Made by a program: the position numbers and the translations under genes
Assembly (NCBI GenBank): GCA_963765895.1
Contig: CAVXZB010000016.1
Location: 1 to 53,271, forward strand
Direction: 5' to 3'
DNA from: an uncultured Nitrososphaeraceae archaeon
GTDB lineage: Archaea; Thermoproteota; Nitrososphaeria; Nitrososphaerales; Nitrososphaeraceae
DNA: 53,271 nt
The notes under the pieces: generated by a model
The model's database searches: none
Told to the model about the DNA's origin: nothing
What the model saw: the letters and a program-made list of their open reading frames with translations, nothing else
Shown: positions 10,873 to 22,640 of the stretch, one piece after another
Position numbering within the stretch: the first letter of the stretch is position 1
Layout of the letters: every line of letters begins with the position of its first letter

Positions 10873-12476
10873 ATGACAAGTAATAATTTCCTTAGCAGAA
10901 TAGTAGGGTTGAGATCAATCATTTTATTTCTATTTGCCCTGGTTTTGTTAGCAAATAATATTACCGTGAATGCACAGCCCACCGAAAATAATGGTGTAGG
11001 GGGGATCATAACTATTAACAAAAATCCTACCGGACAATCCTCAACCCAGCCGCAGGGAACTTTCATAAATCCTATCAATGTAAATCAAACAAAGAAGGTA
11101 AATGTGGAGGTAGGAGGCAAGATAATACCCTTTCAGGATATTGTAGTCCTAAAAGACGAGGCTGCTAATAACACTCTAACATTAAAAAATTCGTTCAACG
11201 CTTTAACAGCGATAGTTGAGAATTTCGGTGCGGAAGTTATCTATACATATAATAGTACAATTGTAGGATTTGCATTCAAAGCACCGAATCAGCAAATATT
11301 TAATCAGCTGACAGGTGTTCTTAGGGTTGATCCACGCGTGAGATACGTCGAACAGGATCGGACCGTAGTCCCATTTTCGGAGGAATCATCAACCGGTTTA
11401 CGCAGGATAGATGCAATCTTCACACCAGCAGATTCTAAAGTAGGATCCACTGGAGTTAACGCAGACATTGCTATAATAGATAGTGGTGTAGATCTAAATC
11501 ATCCAGATCTTAACGTATTTAGAAATACATCTGCAATAATTCCTCAAAATGTAACTTCTATTCATAACACATTAGTCGCTAATAATATCAATCTAGAAAA
11601 AATCGGCCTTAATACTCTAAATTTGGAAAAGAATAGGACTGCATTTTATCCTCCTTTTTCTCAGAGTATCGACTCAGCTGGAGATGATGTATGTGGGCAT
11701 GGCACTTCAGTAGCAGGCATTGCCGCAGCAAAACATAATTCTTTTGGAATAGTGGGAGTAGCACCAGGAGCAAGGCTGTGGTCCATCAAGGTGCTAGACT
11801 GGAATAACGCCACCAAACATTGTGAAGGATCAATATCTTCCGTAGTAGCAGCTGTAGAGTATGTGACAAAACACGCAAACCAGATCGATGTCACAAATTT
11901 AAGCCTGGGATGCAAGTGTAATTCATCCGCATTAGCTGAAGCAATACATAGATCTGTCGGAGCAAATGTGACCTACGTAGTCCGGCAGGCAATATTCACG
12001 CTGATGCCTCAACATTTTCGCCTGCTAACTATACACAAGTTATTACTGTATCGGCTATAGCCGACCAAGATGGTAGATGTGGAGCAATGGGAATTCCTCT
12101 ATGGGTTGATGCTGGCAATATGTCAGGGTTTTCAGATGATGATACCTTTGCTCGTTTTAGCAACTATGGCCAGGTAGTAGATATCGCGGCACCAGGAGTT
12201 AATATTAACACGACCTCAGCAAACGGGACATATGCACTGATAAGCGGTACTAGCATCGCTGCACCCTTCGTGACAGGTGCTGCCGGGCTGTATAAGTCAC
12301 AGAATCCGCATGCATCTTTATTGGAGATACGTAATGCATTAGTAAGTTCGAGTTCATCGATCAAAACCATTTGTGACCATTCTGGTCGGGGCTATTTTAG
12401 GAATGATCCTGACCTAAATCAAGAACCTTTCTTGGACCTAGGAAATCTAATTAAAGTGAAAAGTAAGGCATTCTGA
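10873..12476 (+). CDS. secreted subtilisin-like S8 serine protease with I9 propeptide; frameshift near 11980
   Basis: Signal peptide; propeptide ending VRYVEQD; triad IIDSG, HGTSVAG, GTSIAAP; oxyanion AGN motif restored across the frameshift. Confidence 0.92.
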
Positions 12477-12879
12477 CGCTTGGTATATCATGTAATGTAG
12501 GGACTAGAAACGTAAAAGTAGAGGTGTCTAAACTCGATGATAGCTAAGATAAGCCGCAATAAATCCGTCAGTTATTTGTTGCAAGACTATTTAAGAAATC
12601 TAAAATTATAAAGTCAGGACTTAACCATATTTTGATCACTGTTATAGCTTTGTAGGAACATAATGCAATAGGGATGTTGAACTGATCAAGATATGTTTGG
12701 CAAGCAATTACTACGTACCAAGTCTTGAAATTCAGGATATCATTGTTTCTTACTAGAAATAGCAACCATGTCTATACCGATGTGATAGCATTCAGTGTTC
12801 CTCAGGATAACACAATATGAATAAGAATTATAGTATGTTTGTCGAATTGTTCGTTGAGGTCTATTACGTGTGGTTATTC

Positions 12880-13190
12880 CTAAAATAACTCATGTTTCAC
12901 AATACTATAGTGGACGAACAGGAACAAGATGAAAATATGCAAAGTTATCTATTAAGACATAGGGGTTACATCAAATTATATATACATTAAGAGAAGACGA
13001 GCATCTACAAGAGATGATAATACAGATTTCAAACCAATCATGACAAGGACGGCATATATGTTACATATCTGTAGTTAAAGGCGACAAAGGCTAAGATCAT
13101 GAAGACAATCATATTTTGGTGAGAGAAATGTTGTATGCATTCAGTGTAACCCGACTCGATGTGAACATCTACCCATATGGAAGACACTTT
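12880..13190 (+). pseudogene. DDE transposase relic (IS5/IS4-like)
   Basis: Broken frames read KITHVSQYY, KYAKLSI, RRASTRDDNTDFKPI and VVKGDKG*DHEDNHILVRE, a decayed ADKGYD motif. Confidence 0.65.
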
Positions 13191-13464
13191 TTAGCCACCG
13201 AAAATAGATGAAGCACTGATATTCTAAATTCCCGTACAATCAACGAAACGAAGATGAAGCCACTTTCTGTCATATAACTACTATTTTGAGAGCACCCTAC
13301 TATTAGATTGATTAGAATTAGAATTGATAGTTGTCGTTCAGATGCATAGCTTACAACATGCATGGAGTGACCAATCTTAATTGATGATGGTTTTTACATG
13401 GCCCTACGTCAGATATTTCTTAAATATTGATACACCATATTGTATTAGCTAGTGAAAAGATTAA

Positions 13465-14421
13465 TTGGAAAATAGGATTACTAATTTACACTCCAAAATC
13501 AATTTTGCTTCATTAGTTATTGGAGCATTAGTTGTATCCATTACTTCTTTATCTCTAGGACTTGAGATGGAAACAGTTCAAAATAACTACATAGTACTAG
13601 GGACTGCATTTGCAAAAGGAATGCTAGAATCGGCCCACAATCCGGATACTTCTATCGGTACGCTACTGAATACTACAATTGTCTCAAAATCCTATAGGGT
13701 TGCATTTAACGGGGCAACTTCCTCTGTGAGAGATCCCTTGAGCAATCATGAACAACAATCTGTGACGGTACTACCTCTAGTTAACGAAAGTATGATCTAC
13801 TCAGGTACAATTACTTTTACAGCAAACAAGCCAGTTGATTTACAAGTAGCTCATCTATATAGCAATAAGACTTATGAAAACGAAAGTAGGCCGATACCTG
13901 AATCAACTACAAAGCTATATAAATCTTCAAATATTGGCATTTCAACAATTACGCCAGCCTATCCTTTACAATCTTTCCAATATTCAGCTTCAGTTTCCTT
14001 TGCAGGTAACTCACTATCTCTACACTCCAACACGCAAGCATTCAATGCAATATTTTCAGTTTCAGCAGATATTGACAAGACATATGATAACCAAAGTAGA
14101 ATTAGTACCACTTCAGCCTCAAAGGCTAATTTAGATCAACAAAAGGTTGAACCATTACAGCCAGTTACGTCATATACCCTACCTACTACTAACTTGGTCG
14201 CGCAACTGTTGCTTGAGTCATCTCCTGAACTTGTTGCTCAGATTCCGTTAGATCATTTAGCTCAGAAGGACATCGTAGAAGTTTTTAAGAATATCCCAAA
14301 GGAAAAGGTTAGTACTATTATGAAAGGAATGCCTCAAGAGAGGGTTGCTGCAATACTAAGTAAGTTGCCGGAAAAGGATCGTAACGAAATAAAGAATATG
14401 ATAAATCAATCCGGAGGCTAG
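13465..14421 (+). CDS. secreted protein with helical C-terminal repeat resembling MgtE-N/FliG-type repeats
   Basis: N-terminal hydrophobic helix; beta-rich middle; tail FKNIPKEKVSTIMKGMPQERVAAILSKLPEKDR with 12-aa period. Confidence 0.7.
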   Translation: MENRITNLHSKINFASLVIGALVVSITSLSLGLEMETVQNNYIVLGTAFAKGMLESAHNPDTSIGTLLNTTIVSKSYRVAFNGATSSVRDPLSNHEQQSVTVLPLVNESMIYSGTITFTANKPVDLQVAHLYSNKTYENESRPIPESTTKLYKSSNIGISTITPAYPLQSFQYSASVSFAGNSLSLHSNTQAFNAIFSVSADIDKTYDNQSRISTTSASKANLDQQKVEPLQPVTSYTLPTTNLVAQLLLESSPELVAQIPLDHLAQKDIVEVFKNIPKEKVSTIMKGMPQERVAAILSKLPEKDRNEIKNMINQSGG

Positions 14422-14950
14422 TCATAAGAGTTATCACTTTAGATTGCCCCTATGATGTCTCAAACAGCTCCTATTACAGGTAAAGAAGATTGAAAAATAC
14501 CAGTCGGAAATATTCGAATTTCAATCTGGTCTGGAAATAAGGCAGTTGTAAACCAATCACTAATGTTGAGTAATATGATTTTGGTACGTTTTCTACTATA
14601 ACTGAGCCGACCTTACAAGAAAGGGATATTGTTTAATAGGATCAAAAGAAGATAACATACTGCCAAAACAGGATGTAAAATCAGAAGTTCCTGCTATTCA
14701 CAATGAATCAGTAGAACGAGATTACTTAGACGAATCACGTGCAGTTTATGACCCCAAAAATGATATTTATAACCCATTCATTATTGGAATAAAATTCTGG
14801 CAAGCGTATAGCATTGCATGGATCAGCGCAGGCATTTTGTTTAGAATGCGATTCTTGTTGCGAGAAAGAGACATATATCATGGGGCTCAAGAAATCTTAG
14901 GTGTTTCCAGAACAGAGATTTTACTCGATGCATGAACAAGGGAATTTACT

Positions 14951-15214
14951 GAAGGGATAACTGAGGATCTACCGCCAGAAGAATGGAGGATAGATGCTAT
15001 CAATGAGCTGAATAAAAAATTTGGTTTTAATTGCTTTATGTTTGAAGCTTCAGACCCACCTGTGTTTAAATGGTATCTTAAGCAATTTGGACCTAACGTG
15101 AATTTGTTTATAGATCATTCCCAAATAGTTGAATTTACTGCTTGGAAGACTCAGTTATGGTGGGACATAGACATTTGGAAAGATAAGACTCTATCATACA
15201 AAACACTTCAGTAA
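14951..15214 (+). pseudogene. C-terminal fragment of a phosphosulfolactate synthase (ComA/HSA32)-family gene
   Basis: Start-less frame EGITEDLPPEEWRIDAINEL...MFEASDPPVFKWYLKQFGPNVNLFIDHSQIVEF...W; absent from the ORF track. Confidence 0.75.
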
Positions 15215-15466
15215 ATAAGTGGCTATAAACAGACTGCATTGCTTTACATTATTTATATAAATATTGCAGTATATGTCTAATGCTAATAGCGATATCTTCA
15301 TATTCCTTTTTGAATAAGTCTCCGTTTGCCACATCGTCTTTAGAATCTTGAGGCCTCGCCAATCTACACACACCACAAGGACATGTATTCTGTAAGGAGG
15401 CGGATTTGTGAGCGACAATGCCTTCTTGATAAATAAAATATGGATGATGTACCTTAATGTGAAAAT

Positions 15467-16516
15467 ATGGTATCAAGAACAGGTCAAGAAATTCGTCTCA
15501 AGAAATATCCTAAAGGAATGCCTACTGAAGACATATTTGAGCTAGCTAAAGTAGATGTTTCAGAACCAAAGGAAGGAGAATTCTTAGTACGCAATGTATG
15601 GATGTCTGTAGACCCGTATATGCGTGGACGGATGAGAAGTCCTCAAGAAACTAAGAGATACATCTCCTCATTTCAACTAAATAAACCTCTTGATGGTGCA
15701 TGTGTAGGTCAAATTATAGAATCTAAGAATAAACATTTTACAGTAGGAGAATATGTTCTTGGGAACTCTGGTTGGAGGGAAAATTGGCTATCAAATGGTA
15801 GTGATATTTTGAAAATTAATTCAAAAATTGCGCCAATACAGTCGTTTTTAGGCGTATTAGGTATGACCGGCCTTACTGCGTATGTAGGACTTTTCAAAAT
15901 AGGGAAATTAAAAGAAGGCAAGGATACAGTGTTTGTTTCAGCTGCATCAGGAGCAGTAGGATCTGTTGTAGCCCAGATAGCAAAGATAAAAGGCTGTCCT
16001 GTAGTAGGAAGTGCAGGTTCTGAAGAAAAGGTAGAGTGGTTATTAGATCAGGCCGAGTTAGATCATGCTTTTAACTATAAAAACATAGGCGAAAATAACA
16101 ACCTCTCTTCTGAGCTAAAAAAGGCCTGTCCAGAAGGAATTGATCTCTATTTTGATAACGTTGGTGGAAAACATCTAGAAGCAGCAATAGATAATATGAA
16201 TACATTTGGAAGAATTGTGCTTTGTGGTATGATATCACAATATAATGCTGTTACGCCTTATGCTATACCAAACTTATTTCTAGCCATAACAAATAGACTT
16301 CGATTGCATGGATTTATCGTAAGAGATCATTACGATATGCTAAATGAGTTTCATTCTTCGATGATCAAATGGATTAATGAAGGAAAAATTAAGTGGAAGG
16401 AAACTATTGTTGAAGGATTAGAAAATGCACCTAATGCATTTATTGGCTTATTTAATGGAGAAAACTTTGGCAAGATGCTGGTAAAAATTGGAACTGAGGG
16501 AGCAGTGGATATTTAA
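15467..16516 (+). CDS. NADP-dependent alkenal/enone oxidoreductase (CurA / prostaglandin reductase family)
   Basis: SVDPYMRGRM, LGMTGLTAY, SAASGAVGS, YFDNVGG, GENFGKMLV. Confidence 0.93.
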   Translation: MVSRTGQEIRLKKYPKGMPTEDIFELAKVDVSEPKEGEFLVRNVWMSVDPYMRGRMRSPQETKRYISSFQLNKPLDGACVGQIIESKNKHFTVGEYVLGNSGWRENWLSNGSDILKINSKIAPIQSFLGVLGMTGLTAYVGLFKIGKLKEGKDTVFVSAASGAVGSVVAQIAKIKGCPVVGSAGSEEKVEWLLDQAELDHAFNYKNIGENNNLSSELKKACPEGIDLYFDNVGGKHLEAAIDNMNTFGRIVLCGMISQYNAVTPYAIPNLFLAITNRLRLHGFIVRDHYDMLNEFHSSMIKWINEGKIKWKETIVEGLENAPNAFIGLFNGENFGKMLVKIGTEGAVDI

Positions 16517-17108
16517 TTCGTTCCCGAACTGCTTATTTGTGGGGAAGCCAATTATCTATGTGGTCATCTTTGATTCCTTTTTTTGTCTAATGCTTTATCA
16601 CCTTTTGATGATTAAATAACAATTCACATAACGTTCATTTTAGATAAAACATTGGCTTAAAATTACGTCTTTGTGGATTTACTGTGTTATAATTATTGTT
16701 TTTTGTTTTTAATGTTGTTGCTTCTTCCTCAACACCTTCTAATCTTTCAATAAACGTAGAACCATCTTAATGCATATGTAGCTCACACCTAACTATATGA
16801 CTACGCGTAATTGTATATGAAATGTATATGCGTGGAGATAATCCTTTATCGAAACGATACCTATCCCTGTATCCGGGCCTCTAAAGGTTATTCAGCTCTT
16901 CATAACTCATGTCAAAAAACGAATTGTAATACAAACCTTCTTAGTTCGGGGATTTCTTTTTGAGATATACCAGACGATTCATCATTTCATTTTAAATAAT
17001 AATTTCGGATTTCTATCTTTGGCTTGTATAGTCTTTAGGTAAAGATGATCTTTTAGTATAGATAGCTATCGTCATATACCATGACGATTATAAAAGGTAC
17101 ACGTATAT

Positions 17109-17685
17109 ATGCAGAAAACTAGAATCCCAACAATATCTATACGTGCAAATATATGGATTACTATACCAATAGCTGCTTTAATAGTAGCAATTCTGACTGC
17201 TAATTTACTTCTTCTCAATTATGTGCATGTATTTACTTCTATGCTTTGGACGGGGACTGACATTTTTATGGCTTTTCTACTTGGACCTATATTAAGAAAT
17301 GTTAGCCTTTCTACACGTAAAGAAGTTATTTTTTGGCTTATGCCAAAGATGATCTTTTACATGCCAACTGTTGCCGCTGTGACAACCACTGCAGGCTACT
17401 ACCTTGCTTTTAAAATAGGTTTAATCACTTTGCACCCACCTACAGTATATTGGATATTTGCAGTTTTGGTGATTGTAGGCAGCAATGCTCATACAAGGCC
17501 TAGGAATATTACTGCCTACTAACCTTCGAGTCTATTTTGAGTTAAGGAGGAATGAACCAGACATGTCAAAGATCCAGAAGCTCATGAGAAGATATGTCAA
17601 AGTAGTTGCGATGCAGGCAGTGTCTCAATTTGTAATCATTTTTATTATGGCAGAGTTTGCAACTGGATTTTCACTTCGACTATAA
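17109..17685 (+). CDS. multi-pass membrane protein, frameshift near 17480
   Basis: Two overlapping hydrophobic ORFs (17109..17522 and 17485..17685) join into about five TM helices. Confidence 0.75.
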
Positions 17686-18602
17686 AAGTCTATTTTTATA
17701 TTGGGTCTGATAGTATCCAGATCCTTTTCATTATTCTAGTATGGTGATAATTCTATGGAATTAGGTTCCGCATACAAAAGTGTTTGGTGGTTTTCGATAT
17801 CTTAGTTTACCTCATCTTTGTACCTGTGTTTATAAACGGAATTGCTATATACATGGAAAGATAAGTGAGGATCATCGTCAATATCTAAAGGACAAAATTT
17901 CTGAGTATTATGAAAATGTGGAGGGTCCGGAGGGATCCCCTTTCTAATGGAGAATCAAACATGTATGGGCCATCTAAAATATGAAGAAATAGTGGGAGTA
18001 TCAGAAAATACCAATCTATAATTCGTCTAAAAATTACTGCCTTTCTATACGGCCTTTACCAAAACGTTACTAATAAAGGACTAAACCCTTGAGCACATAA
18101 TCACTAACGATATCACTAATGATGTCTGACTCTAAGAAGAGGAGCATATTCGAACTCGTTTCGATGGTTATTTCGTCTTATTTTGTTAGCCTGTTTTGCC
18201 GGCGAAGATCTTCAAGTTATAAGAGCTTGTGAATAAGCCAAGTTGTTCACCCTCTTTGTGCTATATATAGATTAGTTGTAGGATATTATACAATAGTAGC
18301 TTGTCAATTATTGAACCATGAGAAAGAACGGTACATTGTATTTTTTGTAATGCTATGGCTACACTTAAGCCTAGACCAGAAAAATAATGCTACGATGTAA
18401 TACATGCGGAGCTCTCGTATTCGCTAATGGATTATTTTCACAACAGAGAATCCAGACTTCGATTATTGAATAGTACATAAGCAGGACTAGTAGCTCATGC
18501 AAGTGAATCTATAACCCTCGCTGTTATAGCCTAATCCATTTGGAAATTGCCTAACAGACATCTAGATAGGTATAACCGCTTCATAATAGGCGATACAAAA
18601 AA

Positions 18603-19178
18603 TTGACAAAGGACATTCGAAATAAGGACACAGAAGTTGAAGATGGGGTGCTTAAACCGGTCGATAAAGATGTAGCGCTTAAACAGTACGAAAGATTTGC
18701 AGCAGATTTACGATTTCAACATAAGTTAATTTGGGAAATTCCAAGTGTTGCGGTGACGATCATGGCTGGCATAATACTTGTATCATTTTCTACGCTTAGC
18801 GAATTGCCGCGGATTGGGCTACTTTGTATAGGAATAGCGCTTCAATTTGGTCTATTGGTAGCCGTTGCAAAACATAGATTTACTGCAGACGCAAGAACCG
18901 AATTTATGAATGAATTAGAAAAAATTCTTGGAACAAAATCGTTCCCTATGAAAACAGTGGACACCAAAAGATATCTTGAAGAAAGGGGCTTTACAAACAA
19001 CCGTTTATTTCGGTTTCTTATAAGACCAAATAGTGTCGAGATTATGTTATTATACGTAATGGTCGCCACCCTAGTAATAATTATTTTACTTGCTACCTAT
19101 GCTGCGGGAACATCGGTAACACTTGACCGTCATTTCTTTCATCCTCTGTTACCGTATCTGCCCCACATCCCCGGTTGA
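18603..19178 (+). CDS. hypothetical three-TM membrane protein
   Basis: 191-aa ORF; TM hairpin plus one C-terminal TM helix. Confidence 0.7.
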   Translation: MTKDIRNKDTEVEDGVLKPVDKDVALKQYERFAADLRFQHKLIWEIPSVAVTIMAGIILVSFSTLSELPRIGLLCIGIALQFGLLVAVAKHRFTADARTEFMNELEKILGTKSFPMKTVDTKRYLEERGFTNNRLFRFLIRPNSVEIMLLYVMVATLVIIILLATYAAGTSVTLDRHFFHPLLPYLPHIPG

Positions 19179-19589
19179 GTTTTTAATATATAATAGACAG
19201 CAAGATTAGTCACTGTTCTCCTCAAATTGTTTTTTATGTAATTGGAATACAACTCTCTTTTTGTAAATAAATCAGGGTAACGTATGATATAGTATGTGCC
19301 ATATTCTGCACGGCTTATCCGACATAAAGCATCATAGGCATGAAAGTTTATTGGATCCTGTATCATTTTTTGACAGTTATACAAATGCTTGACAAAAAAA
19401 CTATAACCGTTATAGATAGTGGTAGCATGCAATCAATGTTAGCTAGGCATATGGCAAGGTCCAAATGCAATGCACTGTCTAGCAAAGTACACGAATACGA
19501 TTTGTAATGATTCACATCAAATATACTATGATAAGCATAAAAGGGTGACACACCAGTGAGAAGACATGCATCCAACAGTTCTCATATTC

Positions 19590-20018
19590 TTGACTAGCTA
19601 GATTACTAGGTAGTTAATCTTATGATATTGGGTGCAAATAATAAGACTATTGCTGAAGAATTGAAAATCCCTCCAAGTACAGTTCAGAGAAGAACGAGAA
19701 TTTTACTAAGATGAGGCTACATTAAACAGGTATTCCAACATAGTTATAAAAACTGGGATTAAATAAGGGACTACTTCATGTATACTTACGTACTGGCATT
19801 ATAAGAAAGTTGCCGCAGATCTGCTGTCAAGCGATGGTATAATGTCAGCTGGAGTTCACGTGGGTAATTCTGGTTTAGTAGGAGAACTTGTTTGTGAACA
19901 TAGTGAACAATTGATAGACCTAATTTCAAAGCTAAAGAAGATGGATTGGGTAGATAGAGTAGTTTTTATTTGCAGGCAAGAAGCACAAAATGCTTGCTGT
20001 CCTGAACCGAATAATTGA
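19590..20018 (+). pseudogene. Lrp/AsnC-family HTH regulator relic
   Basis: NNKTIAEELKIPPSTVQRRTR helix-turn-helix, then KGLLHVYL and GVHVGNSGLVGELVCEHSEQLIDLISKLKKMDWVDRVV in broken frames with in-frame stops. Confidence 0.7.
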
Positions 20019-20466
20019 TAGGAGATAGACCTTTCCATCGATATCTTACATTCGACTAAGCAGTCATCTCCGATCACTTTATAGCGCGCGCTTAAAACGT
20101 AGATTAGATTGTGAAACTGGTTAATAATACAATTCTCATATTTGGATTAGTGATCATTGTACAAATCAGTATACATTAAGCTAATTGTTGCACTTACTCA
20201 GATAGGTTACATTTTTGATTACTTACAGGGGTTACTTTTCTGCTTGTTATTGTGCGTCCTGTGAATGTAATTAATTCTTTGTAGAAACATCACTGATGGA
20301 GTAAGAGTATTGGAAAATGTCAAATTGTAACCTGAGAACTATCGATTGACTGGCGGCAGCAGGTATTAGTAAGAGTTATTAAAATTCGATATTGATTTAT
20401 GGAAACGCAGTATTAGTGTGTATCTATATCATGATTACCAACCGAATCCAGAAACTCTGCACCATA

Positions 20467-20680
20467 CCATCCTTACCATCCTTACCATCCTTACCATCCT
20501 TACCGAAATAGTAAAAATGGTAACTATACTCCCAGGAATTAGGGTCCACCTAGAAGTAAGGATCGTAAGGATACTAAGTATCATGTGATCGAAAATTTCT
20601 GGAACTGGTTTGTTTCGCCTTACCAACTGCGATATTTATGTCCCCTTCTTAAGCAAGTTTAAAGCTGTTATTGTAAGGAT
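20467..20680. repeat. iteron-like 9-bp direct repeats with inverted copies
   Basis: ccatcctta x4 at 20467-20502; reverse-complement core gtaaggat at 20556, 20565 and 20673. Confidence 0.8.
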
Positions 20681-20796
20681 ATCAGCAAGAGAAACAAGAG
20701 CAAAAATGAAGTTCCATAAACCTCTTTTGAAAACTAGGATTAATCTAAAACTACTACAGATAACTTCATTACAATAAATGACTACAATAACAATGT

Positions 20797-21267
20797 TTGA
20801 CTAATACAAAACGCTTAGGTAGATATCATCATCCCTCTAACAATAATAATGATAATTCTACTTCTCCATTATATTCTAACGACCTAGCCTCGCTATATAA
20901 AAATAACAACAGGAAGCCATTATTTGATCGTGATAAACCTCATTTTGGACAAGATCGCACTTCATTACATAAAGTACTTGCAGATGCTAAGAAAAGAATT
21001 GAGAGATCAACCAAGTTCATAAACAAAATCAAATCTAGACAGCTTGCTTATGATAATAGGGATAAATCAATACCTGAAAATGCAACAATAAGAAAAGAGT
21101 ATATCAAGTGTAAAAAAGCCAATTGTTACCATGATCAACATGGTCCTTATTACTACGCTTACTGGAAAGATCCTGAAAGCAAGAAGCTGAAGAAAAAATA
21201 CATTGGCGATCATATGCATAACGATAAGAGATCAAATAATAATTCTAATAGTAATCAGGTACTGTAG
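20797..21267 (+). CDS. DUF6788-like putative Zn-binding nucleic-acid-binding protein of mobile elements
   Basis: IRKEYIKCKKANCYHDQHGPYYYAYWKD...KKKYIG motif. Confidence 0.7.
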   Translation: MTNTKRLGRYHHPSNNNNDNSTSPLYSNDLASLYKNNNRKPLFDRDKPHFGQDRTSLHKVLADAKKRIERSTKFINKIKSRQLAYDNRDKSIPENATIRKEYIKCKKANCYHDQHGPYYYAYWKDPESKKLKKKYIGDHMHNDKRSNNNSNSNQVL

Positions 21268-21366
21268 ATCTGGATATATTCTATTAATGAGTATACAAAT
21301 AGGAAACAGGAAACAGCAAAAGTCTGCTAGAGAATATGAGTGTATGCAGTTACATAAGATTTGTTG

Positions 21367-22101
21367 GGTTGGAGCATGGGATTATATGAGGTGGAAACAT
21401 ATCAGCCCTCTGAAAATTGAAAATGGAGTCGTTCTTGCAGCTAAACTGATGATCCCGACCAATACTTTACTTTTATGACACCTGAAGCCTATAGGGCAGC
21501 AAAAGAGTGGATGGACTTTCGCGCCTCATTTGGGGAAGAAATAACAGGAGAGAGTTGGGTCTTGAGAAATACATGGCAAAAAGTCAGACCAAGATATGGT
21601 CATAGAATTGGGTTAGCAAGATATCCAAAACAGTTCAAGAGTACAGGAATTAAGACGTTGGTGGGCAGGGCATTACAAATTCAGGGAATTAGACCAAAAC
21701 TTACCTTAGTTAATGGCAGAAAAAATCATGACTGGAAGACGCTGCATGGTTTTCGCAAATTTTTCAAAACACAAACAGAGAGAACAATGAAGTCACTAAA
21801 TGTCGAGATACTAATGGGTCATGATATTGGCCTGGCAGATTCTTACTATCGACCCACAGAGCAAGAACTGCTGAAGGATTACCTTTCTTCAGTAGATTTA
21901 CTAACTATACATGAGGATAAAACTAAACTTGAAAAACAGATAAAAGAATTAAACGAGAAAAGAACAGATACAGAATATATAATCGAAGGAAGACTTCGAG
22001 AAAAGGATGAACAGATTAAGACCTTGATCACGAGGCAGGAAAAGTTTGAACAAATTATGCAATCACTTATTGATTCAGGCCAGTTAAAGAGAGCAACATA
22101 A
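21367..22101 (+). pseudogene. tyrosine integrase, C-terminal half only
   Basis: VGAWDYMRWKHI fragment, then HGFRK, LMGH, SYYR; paralog of 5522-6776; N-terminal domain and catalytic Arg missing. Confidence 0.85.
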
Positions 22102-22369
22102 TTGAAATAGTGGAATAACATAAAGACATTCCATATATCAAGGTGTATCATCAGATGATACTTAATGAAAAAGCAAAGAAATGCAGTTCATTCAGGAAAT
22201 GCCAGGCGAGTGACTCCATAATATCATCTATTATCTACCTTTGCTTCGATCTTTTGATATAATTTGCGTCATAAATCAATATTCTTTTATATTTATTGTT
22301 CTTTAGCAGCGCTACTGTAGCCAGTGGCAGTTGTAGCAGTATTTATTCACAGGTAATTCAGAAAGCCCC

Positions 22370-22640
22370 TAAGAAGCAGCGGCATTTTTATTGTCATGGT
22401 ATTTTTTCTCTGTTTTTATCGTTGTTTATCCTTAATCTGATTGTGTACAAGGAAAATTCTGGAAGATTCTAGATGCAAACTGCTTTCCATTATCATGTAT
22501 TACCTCTTTGGGCTTGCCATTAACTATTATCCAACCTTCTAGTACATGGAGAATATCAACTGACCTCTTCGTTTCAGACCACTTGCTATCTACCTTTCTA
22601 GAACAATCATATACTTCCAGGCGTGTCTGCGCGCCTAATA
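22370..22640 (-). pseudogene. integrase-core (rve/DDE) transposase relic, IS481/IS3-like
   Basis: Minus frame reads YDCSRK...DILHVLEGWIIVNGKPKEVIHDNGKQFASRIF, with a DNGxQF motif. Confidence 0.65.

Noticed and set aside
19139-20077. Minus-strand ORFs 19139..19432, 19363..19575 and 19856..20077
   Set aside because: No motifs; the last is antisense to the Lrp relic
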